Shown: positions 13,970 through 26,570, numbered from the stretch's first letter. The stretch is DNA of 64,000 nt from an uncultured delta proteobacterium (GCA_963785725.1 CAWAWS010000016.1:224001-288000), one strand, 5' to 3'. Notes: generated by a model from the sequence alone, not told the origin. Numbers and translations are program-made.

Positions 13970-14197
13970 CTATTTTTCGGGAGACGACTCGGCGCGCTGC
14001 ACGATGAGGCCGCGCGTCGGGTCGTAGCTCGCCACCGCCACCGTCACTTTATCGCCGAGCACGATGCGCGTCGCGCGCAGGCTCTTGACGCGCTCGGCGA
14101 TGATCCAGTGTCCGTCTTTGACCTCGACGCGATAGTGGCCGTTGGCCAGCACTTCCTTGATCAGCCCCGGCATCTCCACCAGATCGGCGCGCGTCAC
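13970..14197 (-). CDS. Divergent translation initiation factor IF-1-like protein
   Basis: 75 aa; EMPG..YRVE..GH..IVLGDKVTV..YDPTRGLIVQR aligns with the IF-1 OB fold. Confidence 0.75.
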   Translation of the reverse strand: MTRADLVEMPGLIKEVLANGHYRVEVKDGHWIIAERVKSLRATRIVLGDKVTVAVASYDPTRGLIVQRAESSPEK

Positions 14198-14200
14198 TGT

Positions 14201-14935
14201 TCAGGCTTTGGGCGCGCCGCTCTGGGCGTCGTCTTCGTCGAGCGCGCGCAGCGCCAGCTCGGCGGCGCGCTGCTCCGCTTCCTTCTTGTTCTTGCCCACG
14301 CCGCGCGCCAGCTGGCGGTCGCCGACCCAGGCCGCGATGTCGAAGGTCTTGTCGTGGTCGGGCCCCTCTTCGTGCACGAGCTGGTAGCGCACGGGCTGAC
14401 GGCGCCGCGCGGCCCGCTCTTGCAGCCGCGTCTTGAAGTCGTGCATGCCGGCGGCGCCCGCCGACGCGACGCGCCCGCCGAACAGCTTGCGCACGACGCC
14501 GAAAGACGCCTCGAAACCGCCGTCGAGATAGACGGCCGCGACGAGCGCTTCGCAAGCGTCAGCGAGCACCGACGGCTTGCGCCGGCCGCCCGACTGCTCC
14601 TCGCCGCGACCCAAGAAGAGCCACTCGCCGAGACCGAGCTCGAGCGCGACGTCGGCCAAGCCCAGCTCGTTGACGATGGACGCGCGCGTCTTGGACAGCT
14701 CGCCCTCGTTGCGCTCGGGCGCGGCGTCCATGAGCAGGTGGCCGACGACCAAGTCCAAGACCGCGTCGCCCAAGAACTCGAGGCGTTCGTTGTCGGGCCG
14801 TCCCCAAGTCGGGTTCTCGTTGACGTAGGACTTGTGCGTGAGCGCCGATTCGAGGCGAGAGCGATCGCGGAAGGCGTAGTCGATGATCGCCTCCAAACGC
14901 GCGTACGGGCTGCCGCTCTCGTCGTCCTCGTCCAT
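14201..14935 (-). CDS. rnc: Ribonuclease III
   Basis: ALTHKS, NERLEFLGDAVL, ADACEALVAAVYLDGG, dsRBD (DFKTRLQE, KKEAEQRAA). Confidence 0.97.
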   Translation of the reverse strand: MDEDDESGSPYARLEAIIDYAFRDRSRLESALTHKSYVNENPTWGRPDNERLEFLGDAVLDLVVGHLLMDAAPERNEGELSKTRASIVNELGLADVALELGLGEWLFLGRGEEQSGGRRKPSVLADACEALVAAVYLDGGFEASFGVVRKLFGGRVASAGAAGMHDFKTRLQERAARRRQPVRYQLVHEEGPDHDKTFDIAAWVGDRQLARGVGKNKKEAEQRAAELALRALDEDDAQSGAPKA

Positions 14936-15001
14936 GTGGGTCCACGATATCACAGCGACTCTGTGTTATCGTGAGGCACCCTTTTTGTCAGGAGCGTCGG
15001 C

Positions 15002-15415
15002 ATGAACTTGACGTGCGTGAAGTGCACTTCGGTCCTCGACAAGGCGCGGGTCGGCGACGTCGAGGTCGATCTGTGCCCGAGCTGCGGCGGCTTGTGGCTC
15101 GACCACGGCGAGATCGAGCGGCTCGGACACGGCAAGCCCGAAGACCTCGGCCGCCTGCGCACCGCGCTCACGGGAACGGCGACGCCCGAGGCGATGTCGG
15201 AAGCGAGCACGTCGTGTCCGGCGTGTGCGGGTCAGCTGCTCGAGGTCGAGCTCGGACCGGTGCACATCGAGCACTGCAACAAGTGCTATGGCATCTTCCT
15301 CGACCGGGGCGAGCTCGACGAAGCGGTGCACGCCGTGTCGGGATCGACGGTGCGCCAGGTGATGACGCTCGCCGGCTCGTTCGCCCGCGAGCTCGCCGGC
15401 AGCGCCCGCTCGTAA
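15002..15415 (+). CDS. Tandem zf-TFIIB-like zinc-ribbon protein
   Basis: Two CxxC...CxxCxGxWLDxGE-type units (CPSCGGLWLDHGE; CNKCYGIFLDRGE). Confidence 0.85.
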   Translation: MNLTCVKCTSVLDKARVGDVEVDLCPSCGGLWLDHGEIERLGHGKPEDLGRLRTALTGTATPEAMSEASTSCPACAGQLLEVELGPVHIEHCNKCYGIFLDRGELDEAVHAVSGSTVRQVMTLAGSFARELAGSARS

Positions 15416-15637
15416 GCAGCCGCGAAGACGCCTTCATTCCTCGCTAAACCAACGCAGCGCTGACGTTATCGACGAATCGCGTGCGCCCAATTCGCCGATT
15501 GTAAAGAGCCGCCGCAAATGTGAATTCGGGGAAACCAATCGGACATCTTCGACGTCAAATCGGTGTGGGCGCGAGTCCTCCCGAAGTGTTCTTTTGGTAT
15601 CGCGCGCAACATCAATCCCTAGCCCAAAGACTTTAGT

Positions 15638-15877
15638 GTGATGTCTATGACGCTCCGTGCAGTGGCTTGTGCCTGGTGCGCCGCCGAGATGAAGGTCCCC
15701 GACCCAGTCGCCGGCGCAGATGGCTACTTCGTGCTCCCCCGCCGCTGCCGCGCCTGCGCCGGCAACAACGTCATCGAGCTCGACGGCGCCCGCTCGGTCG
15801 TCAGCCAGCAGCGACGCGGTCGCCGGCGCTCGACCGGCACGCAGCGCATGCAAGCCATCAAGCCGCTCGCCAGCTAG
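15638..15877 (+). CDS. Small putative zinc-finger protein
   Basis: CAWC...CRAC pair; GC3-rich codons; start may be ATG 15647. Confidence 0.55.
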   Translation: MMSMTLRAVACAWCAAEMKVPDPVAGADGYFVLPRRCRACAGNNVIELDGARSVVSQQRRGRRRSTGTQRMQAIKPLAS

Positions 15878-15908
15878 ACCCTAATTTCCCGATCGAAATG
15901 TGAGCGGT

Positions 15909-16970
<1,062 letters not shown>

Positions 16971-16999
16971 CGCGGCGGAAGATGTATTACTTTCATCGT

Positions 17000-18346
17000 G
17001 TGCGCAAGGGCGATCGGTTACGCCTGCACCTGGCCGGGCTCGACGAAGAAGCGGCCGGCTTAGGGCTGCAGGACGACGTGCGCGTACACGTCGCCGGCGC
17101 GCTGCCGGGCGAAGAGGTCGAGGCGGTCGTGGCGCACGTGTCACCGCATCGGCCGGACGCGTGGGCGGAGCTGACGGCGATCGTCAAGCCCTCGTCGCTG
17201 CGCGTGGCGCCGGTGTGCCCGGCGTACGGCGAGTGCGGCGGCTGTACGCTCGAGCACCTCGCCTACGCCGAGCAGCTGCGCTGGAAGTCGGCGCACGTGC
17301 AAGCGGAGCTCGACCGCGTGCCGGCGCTCGGGGGGCTCAAAGCGGCGCCTTGTGTCGCCTCGCCGCGCCCGCTCGGCTATCGCAACAAGTCGAAGCTGGT
17401 CTTCGCCGTCGACGAGGCCGGGCAGCCGCTGCTCGGCGCCTACGCGCCGCGGTCGCATCGCGTGGTCGACTTGAGCGGCTGCCGCGTGGCCGAAGCGCCG
17501 CTCGACGACGTGGCCGTGGCGCTCAAGTCGCTGCTCGGGCAGCACCACATCGCGCCCTATGACGAGCGGTCGCAACAAGGCCTCCTGCGTTATGCGATCT
17601 TGCGCGTCAATCACATCGGCCAAGTGCTGGTGACGCTGGTGACGGCGATGGAGCAGTTTCCCGACGGTGAGACGATCGCGCGGGCGCTCATCCAAGCGCG
17701 GCCGGAGGTGCTCGGCGTCGTGCAGAACATCAACGTCAGCCGCGGCAATACGCTGTATGGGCCGGAAGAGCGCTTGCTGGCGGGCGTCTCGGAGCTCGAA
17801 GAGCGCGTCGGGCCGGTGCATTTGACCTTGTCGTCGACGGCGTTCTTCCAGGTCAATCGCGACATCGCGGCGCGGATTTACGACGACTTGGCGCAGGCAG
17901 CGGCCTTGACCGGACAAGAGCGCGTCGTCGATGCCTATGCGGGCGTCGGCGGCATCGCGTTGACGCTGGCGCGCGGCGCGGGCGAGGTCATCGGCATCGA
18001 GGAGCACGCGCACGCCGTGTCCGATGCGCAGGCGGCGGCGCAGCTGAACCACGCGACGCGGGCGCGGTTTGCCGTCGGTGACGTGGCGCAAGTGTTGACC
18101 GGGCTGGACGCGGCGGATGTCGTCGTCTTGAACCCGCCGCGACGCGGCTGCGCGACGAGCGTGCTGCAAGCGGTGGCGCGTCTGAAGCCGCGGCTCGTCG
18201 CCTACGTCAGCTGCGCGCCGGAGACGCTGGCGCGCGATCTCGGCATTCTGGCGAGCCTCGGGCTGACGACGCGATCGGTGCAGCCGTACGACATGTTGCC
18301 GCAGACGCCGCACGTCGAGTCGCTGGCGCTCCTGACGCCGGGCTGA
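17000..18346 (+). CDS. rlmD: 23S rRNA (uracil-C5)-methyltransferase RlmD/TrmA family
   Basis: TRAM domain, CPAYGECGGC Fe-S motif, YRNK, AFFQVN, NPPRRG, YVSC, DMLPQTPHVE. Confidence 0.92.
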   Translation: MRKGDRLRLHLAGLDEEAAGLGLQDDVRVHVAGALPGEEVEAVVAHVSPHRPDAWAELTAIVKPSSLRVAPVCPAYGECGGCTLEHLAYAEQLRWKSAHVQAELDRVPALGGLKAAPCVASPRPLGYRNKSKLVFAVDEAGQPLLGAYAPRSHRVVDLSGCRVAEAPLDDVAVALKSLLGQHHIAPYDERSQQGLLRYAILRVNHIGQVLVTLVTAMEQFPDGETIARALIQARPEVLGVVQNINVSRGNTLYGPEERLLAGVSELEERVGPVHLTLSSTAFFQVNRDIAARIYDDLAQAAALTGQERVVDAYAGVGGIALTLARGAGEVIGIEEHAHAVSDAQAAAQLNHATRARFAVGDVAQVLTGLDAADVVVLNPPRRGCATSVLQAVARLKPRLVAYVSCAPETLARDLGILASLGLTTRSVQPYDMLPQTPHVESLALLTPG

Positions 18347-18370
18347 CGCCAACGCCTACGGCGGCGCCGG

Positions 18371-19483
18371 TCAAGCTTGCCGAATGCGCGCCAGCAGCGA
18401 CGGCAATCGGGCCAACACGGCGTCGACTTCGGCGGGCGTGTTGCCGCGGCCGAACGAGAAGCGCACGGCCTCCTTCGGATTGTGCCCGATGGCGACGATG
18501 ACCGGCGACGGCGCGCGCGTGCCGGAGCTGCAGGCGGCGCCGGTCGAGACCGCGAAGCCGTCGATGTCGAGCGCCTCCATGAGCAGCTCGCCGTCGACGC
18601 CGGCAAACGCGACGTTGCTGGTGTTGGCCACGCGCGCGCCGCCGCCGCCGTGAACGCGGGCGCCGAGCGCGACGGCGCCGGCTTCGAAGCGGTCGCGCAG
18701 CGCGCCGGACAAGGGCGTGACGCTGGCCGCGGCCGCGCCGAAGCCGACGATGCCGAGCGCGTTCTCGGTGCCCGGCCGCCGCTCGCGCTCTTGATGCCCG
18801 CCGCGCAACAGCGACGGCAGCTGCAGCTCGCGCGCGACATAGAGGGCGCCCGCGCCTTTGGGCCCGCCGATCTTGTGCGCCGACAGCGTCAACGCGTCGA
18901 CACCGAGCGCGCGCACGTCGACGGCGATCTTGCCGGCCGCTTGCACGGCGTCCGAATGCAGATGCGCGCCGCGGGAGCGCGCCAGCGTCGCGAGCTCGGC
19001 GATCGCCTGGATGGTCCCGATCTCGTGGTTGGCGAGCTGGACCGTCACCAGCGCCGTCGTGTCATCGAGCCGCGCCGTCAAGCGGTCGCGATCGACGCGC
19101 CCTTGTCCATCGACGGGCAGCCGCTCGACGACGAAGCCGCGCGCCGCCAACGCCGCGCACGGCGCGTCGACGCAGGGATGCTCGATCGCCGACAGCAGCA
19201 CGCGCACGCGCCGCGAATCGTTGGCCCGCGCGTGCTCGGCCAGCGCCGTCACCGCCCAATTGTTGGCTTCCGTGCCGCCCGAGGTGAACACCAGATCTTC
19301 GCGCCGCGCGCCCACCAACGCGGCCACTTGATCGCGGGCGCGCTCGACGGCATCCCGCGCGCGCCGACCTTCGGCATGAAGCGACGACGGGTTGCCGTGC
19401 ACGTCGAGGAACGCCAACATCGCCGCGCGCGCGTCGGGCGACAGCGGCGTCGTGGCGTTGTGATCGAAGTAGACCCGCGTCAC
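18371..19483 (-). CDS. iscS: Cysteine desulfurase (IscS/NifS family)
   Basis: YFDHNATTP, GNPSSLH, FTSGGTE, HSDAVQ, LSAHKIGGPKG, STGAACSSG; near mnmA. Confidence 0.9.
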   Translation of the reverse strand: MTRVYFDHNATTPLSPDARAAMLAFLDVHGNPSSLHAEGRRARDAVERARDQVAALVGARREDLVFTSGGTEANNWAVTALAEHARANDSRRVRVLLSAIEHPCVDAPCAALAARGFVVERLPVDGQGRVDRDRLTARLDDTTALVTVQLANHEIGTIQAIAELATLARSRGAHLHSDAVQAAGKIAVDVRALGVDALTLSAHKIGGPKGAGALYVARELQLPSLLRGGHQERERRPGTENALGIVGFGAAAASVTPLSGALRDRFEAGAVALGARVHGGGGARVANTSNVAFAGVDGELLMEALDIDGFAVSTGAACSSGTRAPSPVIVAIGHNPKEAVRFSFGRGNTPAEVDAVLARLPSLLARIRQA

Positions 19484-19532
19484 AGCCGTGCACCTTGACA
19501 TGGCGCGCGGCGACGTCAAACATGAAAGCACG

Positions 19533-20895
19533 ATGGCCGAGACGCCCGGTGCGCTGCTCCTGCGAGCAGGAGTCCTGCGGGCGAAGGATCTGGCCGCTGC
19601 GACCGTGCTGCACGAGCGTGACGGCGGCTCCTTCGGTGAGTGTCTCGTTCGCCTCGGCTTGATGGACGAGGAGCGGCTCGCCGACTTCTATCAGTCGCGC
19701 CTCATGATTTCGCGGCTGCCCGATCATCGGCTGGTGACACTGTCGAAGGCGGCGCTGGCGCTGGTGTCGGCGGACATGGCGGCGGAGTTTCGCGTCGTGC
19801 CCGTCGATCTCGACGGCGAAGGCGGGCTCGTCTTGGCGATGGCCGATCCGACGGACAATCACGCCGTCGACGAAGTGGCCTTCTTTGCCGATCACTTCGT
19901 CGTGCGCGTCGTGGCGACCGAGAGCGGCATTCGCGACGCCATCGAGCGGCATTATGGCGTGCGCTTCACGTCGCCGCGCGCGGCCGATGCGGTCGCGGCG
20001 CCGGCCGTCAAGACGCCGGCGCCGACGGTGGTCGCGCGGCCGCCGGTCAAGCCGGGACCGACGACGGAGGCGCCGTTGACGCGGCCGCCGAATCCGTCGC
20101 CGCCGCCGCCGAGCTATCGTCGCGTGCCGCCGCTGCCGGCGAATGACCACGATCCGCCGCCGCATCAGAACGTGCACATCGCGCCGCAGCCGGAGCACGA
20201 CGAAGCCGAAGTCGTGCTGCTGACGAAGGTGAAGTACTCGGACCAGACGCCGCTGCCGATGCCGGTGCCGCCGCCCGACGACTACGCGCCGGCGTATCTC
20301 GCCGAACGGCTGCCGCCGGCCGAAGATCCGGCGCACGACGAGCCGATCTTGCTGACGGAGCCGAAGATCGCGGCGCCCAATCGACCGCGACGCGACACGC
20401 TGCAGGGCCTACAGCAGATGACGGTGCCGGATCCGCCGCTGGCGCTCCTGCGCGCGGCGCAGCACCGCGACGAGATCGCGCACGCCGTCCTCGACTACAT
20501 GGCGCTCTTGTTGCGGCGCGCGACGTTCTTCGTCATGAAGAAGAAGATCCTGGCCGGCTATGACGCGCGCGGCGGCGAGCTGGAATCTGGCGCAAGTGCG
20601 CAAGCTCGTCATCAGCGTCGAGGCGCCGAGCCTGTTTCGCGACGTGATCGCGTCGCGGCTGCCCTATCGCGGGCCGCTGCCGGAGACGCCGGCCAATCGC
20701 GCGTTCGCCTACGCCATCGGCGGCATCGACAGCGACGTGCTGCTCATGCCGATCGCCGTGCGCGATCGCGTCATCGCCGTGCTCTTCGCCGACGGCGCCG
20801 CGCAGCCGCTGCCGGACGCGGCGCTGCACGCGACGGTGCGCGAGGCCGGGCTGGCGTACGAGCGGCTGCTGCTCGAAGCGAAGCGGTCTACCTAA
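19533..20895 (+). CDS. MshEN/T2SSE_N-domain protein with Pro-rich linker and C-terminal GAF-like region (frameshift near 20580)
   Basis: PGALLLRAGVL..FGECLVRLGLM, LAMADP; C-terminus continues in ORF 20560..20895 (LMPIAVRDRVIAVLFAD). Confidence 0.7.
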
Positions 20896-20912
20896 GCTCG
20901 ATCTCCGCCCCG

Positions 20913-22851
20913 TCAGACCAGATAGAACGTGTCGCTCTTGCGCGCCTCGCCCGTCAGGATGGCGTGGTTCGCCATCTCCCGCCGCTCGGCCTCGGTGCGC
21001 AGCTGATCCCACAGCACCGGATGCTGCGACGCCATCTCGTAGAAATCTCGCGGCGGCAGCTGCACCGCCTCCGTCATGCGCGTCGCCCGCACCGTCGCCG
21101 ACGCCACGCCGCCGCGCAGGAGCGACATCTCGCCGAAGTAGCTGCCTTCGCCGAGCATGCCGAGCTTGACGACCGCCGGCTCCTTGTCGCCCGGCTTCGG
21201 CTTGGCCGCGCGCACGACCTCCACTTCACCGACGAGAATCAGATACAGCCCACCGCCCGGCGCGCCCTCTTCGATGATCTGCGCGCCGCGACCGAAGCGC
21301 CGCGGACGAAACCGCTCGGCGATGCCGGCGCGCTCCTCGTTCGTCAGCCGCTGAAAGAACGGCGCCGTCGCCATCAGCGTCGCCAACAGCCGCTCGCGAT
21401 AGAACGTCCGCAGCGTGCGCGCCACGCCCGGGATGCTCCGCCACCAGCTCGTCGATGAGATCGCGACGAATCTCGAGCAGCTCCGTGGGCTCGATCGTCT
21501 GCACCGACGCGTGGCGCCGCTGATCCGACAGCACCGCGAACTCGCCGAAGAACGCGCCCGGTCCGAGCTGCGCCACTTCGACGCCCGCCTTGGTCACCCG
21601 CACTTTGCCGGACGCGATGAGATAGCAGGCGTCGCCGGCCTCACCTTCGCGCAACACCGTCTCCTCGGCGCGGAGCTGCAGGACCGAGAGGCGCGCCAAG
21701 AGATCGACGAAGGCCGCGCGCGGCAGCTCCGACAAGAGCGGGAACGGCGGCGGCTCGACGGTCAATTCCGGCCGCGGAAACGGGCCCGACAATACGTCTT
21801 CGAGCAGCGCCGCGCCCGAGTCCTCGTCGCCGAACGTCAGCTCGGCGGGCGGCGCCGGCAAGCGGCCCGACTCGATCGGCCGCGACGGCAGCCGCAATGA
21901 CAGTGCGGCCTCGGCGGCGACAATCTCCTCCACGGCCACCGTCGACATGCGCTCGGTGTCGCGCCGCAGCGCCGCGTCGTGCTCGGCCAGCGTCTCCGGC
22001 GCCGGGTCCGACAGCTCGAGCAGCATGTTGCCGCGCGCCAGCCGCTTGGTCTCCTCGGGAAAATCGAGCGCCTGGCGCGCCGTCAACGCCTCCGCCGCTT
22101 TTAGCGCGCGCCACTCGGGCGAGCTCTGCCGGCGCTTGCGCTCGATCGATCCAGCGCGCGTCGCCTCGGGATCGCCGCCCGTCAAGGTCTGCTCGCGATC
22201 GGCGCCCGTGCGCGTCGGCTCGATTTCGGCGGGCTCGACGTCGGCCTCGCCAATGCGCGTCACCGGCTCGGGCGCGTCATCCTCGTCGTACACCGAGCGC
22301 ACGCGCCAGCCGAGCGGATGATCGCCGACCGGCGTCTGATCCCCTTCGGCGATGGGCGCATCGGCGATGACGTCGGCCTCGAAGTCGAGCTCGACGTGCG
22401 CCTCGGCCGGCGTCGCCTCGTCGTCGAACAGCGTCGGCAGCGGAGCCGGTGGGCCCAAGCCCGACTGCGTCTTGCGCACCGACGCGTTCCAGCCGACCAC
22501 CGGCGCCACTTCCGGGACGGCCGGGCGGCTCGGCTCGCGCGGCAGCGGAATCGGCGGCCGCCGATCGCCCTCCAACCGCCGCGCCGCCAACGTCGCCAAC
22601 ATCTCCAGCGTGTCGCGATGCGCCGGATCGATGTCGAGGATCCCCTTGCAAACCGCCATCGCCTGCACGAGCCGGCCGTCTTCGGCGTACGCCTCGGCCA
22701 CGCCGCGATAGAGCTCGATGGCGTCGCCGGCGCGGCCCGCTTCACGCAGCGCCGCCGCCAGCTCCAACCGCTTCGGAATCGAGCCCGGCTCGGCTTTGAG
22801 AGCCGCGGCCAGCTCCTTCAGGCGACGCTTGATGTCGCGCGGCCGCTCCAC
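20913..22851 (-). CDS. TPR-like plus two cyclic-nucleotide-binding domains (frameshift near 21430)
   Basis: LGPGAFFGEFAVLSDQRRHASV and LGEGSYFGEMSLLRGGVASATV; N-terminal helical repeats. Confidence 0.85.
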
Positions 22852-22858
22852 GTGTTGG

Positions 22859-23395
22859 CTACTTCGCCACCAGGTTCACGGGCTGCTCGAACGCCACCGG
22901 GTCGCCTTGGAACGCCGGGAACTTCCACTTCTCCATCGTTCCCGCCATGCACTTCTCCATCTCCGCGTCGGTGTGCGGCGTGAAGCTGACGCCGCGCGCC
23001 ACGCCCACGTTCTCGACCGAGAAGTGTGCCGTCACCGTCGAGACATACTGCAAATCGGGCTTCCGCTTGAGCGCCTTTTCGTAGCACGCGCGCAGCCCGC
23101 CCGAGTTCTGCCGCACGACCTTGACGACGGCCTCGGGCGCGACGTTGCCCTCCATGTGCTTCTGGCCCGCGTTCGACGCCTTCAAGTCGAGCGGCTCCAG
23201 CTGTGTCGTGTGCGCCTCTTGCAACTTGGTCAGCTGCGCTTTGGCTTCGGCGAGCTGATCCTTCAAGTTGCTCAAGTCGTTACGGCACTGCACGAGCTCG
23301 GTGGCCAGCTTGGCTTTCGACTGATCGTTATCGGCGCCGCCCGAACAAGCCGACAGACCGAGACCCAGACCCAGGACCAGGAACGATATCCGCAT
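22859..23395 (-). CDS. Lipoprotein with AgmX/PglI-like (TonB-C-like) C-terminal domain
   Basis: Lipobox LSAC, coiled coil, LRACYEKALKRKPDL..CM..WKFP. Confidence 0.75.
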   Translation of the reverse strand: MRISFLVLGLGLGLSACSGGADNDQSKAKLATELVQCRNDLSNLKDQLAEAKAQLTKLQEAHTTQLEPLDLKASNAGQKHMEGNVAPEAVVKVVRQNSGGLRACYEKALKRKPDLQYVSTVTAHFSVENVGVARGVSFTPHTDAEMEKCMAGTMEKWKFPAFQGDPVAFEQPVNLVAK

Positions 23396-23418
23396 GATGG
23401 TCCCTGATTTTACCACAG

Positions 23419-23766
23419 TCACTTACGTTGCGTGAGCTCGACGAGCGGTCGCCCTTTGGCGACGTGCTCTTCGAGGATGCGGCGCGCTTCGGCCGGCTCG
23501 ACGCGGTGATAGAGCGACGCGCGCCCGCCCGACGTCGGCATGAGCTTGAGCATCATGGCGTTGTCGGTCGGTAGATTTTCGCGCACCAGGACGTTGACGC
23601 CGCGCTGACACTTGCCGAAACAGCTGTAGAGATCGAGCGTCACCGAGTTGCCGTCGAGCGGGCAGGTGGCGAGCTCGCGTTTGAAGGCGGCGTGCACGTC
23701 GGCCGAGTGGCGCTTGTCGCCGCACTCGGGTCCGCGGCAGACCAGGATCGTGTACTTTTTCGGCAC
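23419..23766 (-). CDS. Thioredoxin-like [2Fe-2S] ferredoxin
   Basis: CRGPEC...CFGKC..G, Y..V.P.E...I.EEH..G.P. Confidence 0.8.
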   Translation of the reverse strand: MPKKYTILVCRGPECGDKRHSADVHAAFKRELATCPLDGNSVTLDLYSCFGKCQRGVNVLVRENLPTDNAMMLKLMPTSGGRASLYHRVEPAEARRILEEHVAKGRPLVELTQRK

Positions 23767-23789
23767 GGCGGCGCCGACAATGTTAGCAC

Positions 23790-25719
23790 CTATTGCGGCT
23801 TTTCGGTCGCGCCGCGTGGCTCCTCGCGGTCCTTGTCTTTCTCTTTATTTGGCGGGCCCGGATCGGCATTCGCGCCCGGATCGGCCGCCGGCGCGCGTTC
23901 ATGCTCGGCGCGGTCGATCTCGCCCTCTTTGTGCTCGCGCGACGCTTGCAGCGCCGTTCGCAGCTGGCGCGCCAGCGGCGCCAGCGTGCGCGGATCGTCG
24001 GCGACATAGACGGCCGCGCGCCGCGCCTCCACGCCGCCGGCTTTGACGAGCGCCTCGGCCGCGATCGCCAGCGGCGCCGGATCGAGCGCGAAGTCGGCGT
24101 CCGCGTGATACTCGAGCAGGAACTCGGTCAGCGCCTGCGTCGCCTGCGGGCCGCCGAGCGACGCCAGCGACGCCGTGATGTCGCGCAGCGCCGCTTCCGG
24201 CGTCTCGTGGTCGGCGAGCTGCGCGGCCAAGAGCGGCACGGCGTCCTTGGCGTCGAGCGCGGCCAGCGCGCGCGCCAGCACGTCGAGGCCGCGCGGCTGC
24301 TTGTCGTCGAGGAAGTCGTAATGCTCGGCGAGCGCGCTCAACAGCTCGGGCGCGGCCAAGCGATCGCGACGCGTCACCAGCTCTTCGCCGGCCTGCTTCT
24401 GCGCCGCCGGCGGCGGCCCGCTCGGTCCCGGCTGCGCGCGCACGATCTTCAGCAGCGCCATCGACACCGGCAGGCCGCTGACGTCGCCGAGCGCGTCGAC
24501 GGCGAAGACCTTGACGGCGCCGAAGCGCGCGTCGTGATCCCAGACGATCTGCTCGAGCGTGCGCGCGACCTCGGTCGGCGTCGGCTGCGTGGCCGACGCG
24601 CCGGCGACGAAGCCGTCGGCGTCGAAGCTGGCGCCGGCGATGCGCAAGCCCGTGCGCTGCACGATGCGCGCGGCGCCCGACTGCACGTCGACGACGCCGA
24701 GATCGCCGTCGGCGCTGGCGAAGACGATGGCGCTGCCCGCGTCCTCGCTGGCGACGACGTCGGTGCGCGGATGCGCGTAGACCCAGCGCAGCTTGCCGAG
24801 GCGCGCGTCGAAGGCGAAGAAGAAGCGATAGCTGTGCAACACGGCCAAGTCGTCGCGGAAGCCGGCGCCGACGTCGCGGCCGCGCCACAAGAGGCGGTTG
24901 CGATCGAACGCGCCCAGCGCCGCCTGCGCCGGCTGGTAGCCGTCCCACGAATAGGCCGTGCGCACTTGCTCGCCGGTCAGCTTGGCTTCGGCGTACGACG
25001 AGCCGGCGCGGCTGCCGGCGGCGCTCTTGTCGTCGAGCCGATAGACGCCGCGACCACCGCCGTAAAAGAGCCCTTCGGGCATGGCTCTAACGAAGGCGAT
25101 CGCCTCGTCGGTGGCACGCACGCGCGCCAGCTCCTTGCCGGTCAATCCGTCGATGAGCGCCAGGTTCTGATGCGCGAACGGCACGGCCACGAGCCCGCCG
25201 CGCGCGGCCGGCGCGCCGACGGCATCGGCGGTCGCGATGCGCCACAGCGGCTTGCCGGCGCCGTCGATCGACACGACCGCCGCCCGCTTGTCGCTCGTTT
25301 GCACGGCGTAAACTAAGCCGATCGCCATCGAGCGTGAGGCCGACAAAGGTCTCACCTTCAGCGAGCGTCACGCGCGTCCGCTCGGCGCCGCTCGCCTCTT
25401 GCCGCACGACGATGTCGCGATCGCCCTGCCGATACGCCAAAAGGCCGTCGCCGACGACGACGCGCGAGCGCACGTCCGACGACTGCTCCCAGGCGATGTG
25501 CCCTTCGGCCAAGTCATAGCCGACCAGCTTGCCGTCGGTGACGAGGAACGCCATCGGGTGGCCGCTGCGCTGCGCCGGCGCCGACGCATGCGCCAACGCG
25601 CGCGCCAAGTCGCCGACGTCGTTGTCGCGCGTGTGCTGCGAGAACGCCGGCTCGGCACAGCCCGCGGCCAGGCCCGCGAACGCCACGCCGAACGCCACAT
25701 TGATAGGCAGTCGCGTCAC
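23790..25719 (-). CDS. Lipoprotein with PQQ-like beta-propeller and HEAT-like C-terminus (frameshift near 25315)
   Basis: GTG 25719 with lipobox LAAGC; G..W propeller repeats; Ala/Leu helical C-terminus in ORF 23790..25355. Confidence 0.7.
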
Positions 25720-26562
25720 TGGCGGCTCCGCTCGTCGACGACCTTCTGCGCTTCCAGCCGCGACGGCCGATTCCTGTCCTTCTCGGTCGCCGCCACGTAC
25801 TCCAAGAGCGCCGTCGTCGAATCGGCGCCCGGCACCTTGGCCAGCGTCCGCACCACTTCGACGCGAATGGGCTCGGGCCCGAAGTCGTTGCGCTTCAACA
25901 TCTCGCCCAAGGCCGAGCACAAAATCGGATCGGGCACGCTGCCGAGCATCTCCGACAGCCGATGCGCCAGCTGCGGCGTCCCGATGGCGGCGAGCGCGCC
26001 GGCCGCCGAAGGATCGCGATGCTCGAGCAGCTTCACCAGGCGCTCCTCGGCGCCGCTCTCACGCCGCGCGCCGATACACTGCGCGGCCTCGGCGCGCACG
26101 TCGACGTCGGAGTCGCCGAGCGCGGCCTCGAGCGCCGGCAGCGCGCGCTTGTCGCCCGGCGGCAGCGCGCTCAGCGCCGCCAGCGCCGCCTTGCGCACCT
26201 CGGGCGTCCGATGGTGCGCGTAGCGCTCGAGCATCGTCACCGCGCGCGAATCCGTACGACCGGCCAGCGCTTGCAAGAATCGCCGCGTCGACCTTGGGCG
26301 CCGCGCCGTGGCCGAGCGCGTCGACGAGCGCGTTCACCGCCGCCGTGTCCGTCGGCGCCGCTTGGCTGAGCGCGCGCGCCGCGTCGATGGCGCGCGGCTC
26401 GTCATTGGACTCGAGATCCTGCAGCCGCTCCGGCGTCGCCGGCGACGGCACCGGCGGCGGCGGCGGCGCGACCAGCTTGGGCTTCGTCTTCTCCGCGCGT
26501 GCCATCCCCGACGTCAGCGGCATCGTCGCCGCCAACGCTCCCCACAGCGCCCAGATTCGCAT
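25716..26562 (-). CDS. HEAT-repeat protein (frameshift near 26270)
   Basis: Signal peptide MRIWALWG; EVRKAALAAL and DVRAEAAQCIG repeats. Confidence 0.75.
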
Positions 26563-26570
26563 ATCGCCTC

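Noticed and set aside
15416..15640. Lower-GC intergenic stretch as ncRNA or riboswitch; ORF 15434..15853
   Set aside because: No recognisable RNA motif or convincing structure; the ORF lacks codon bias. Probably promoter DNA.
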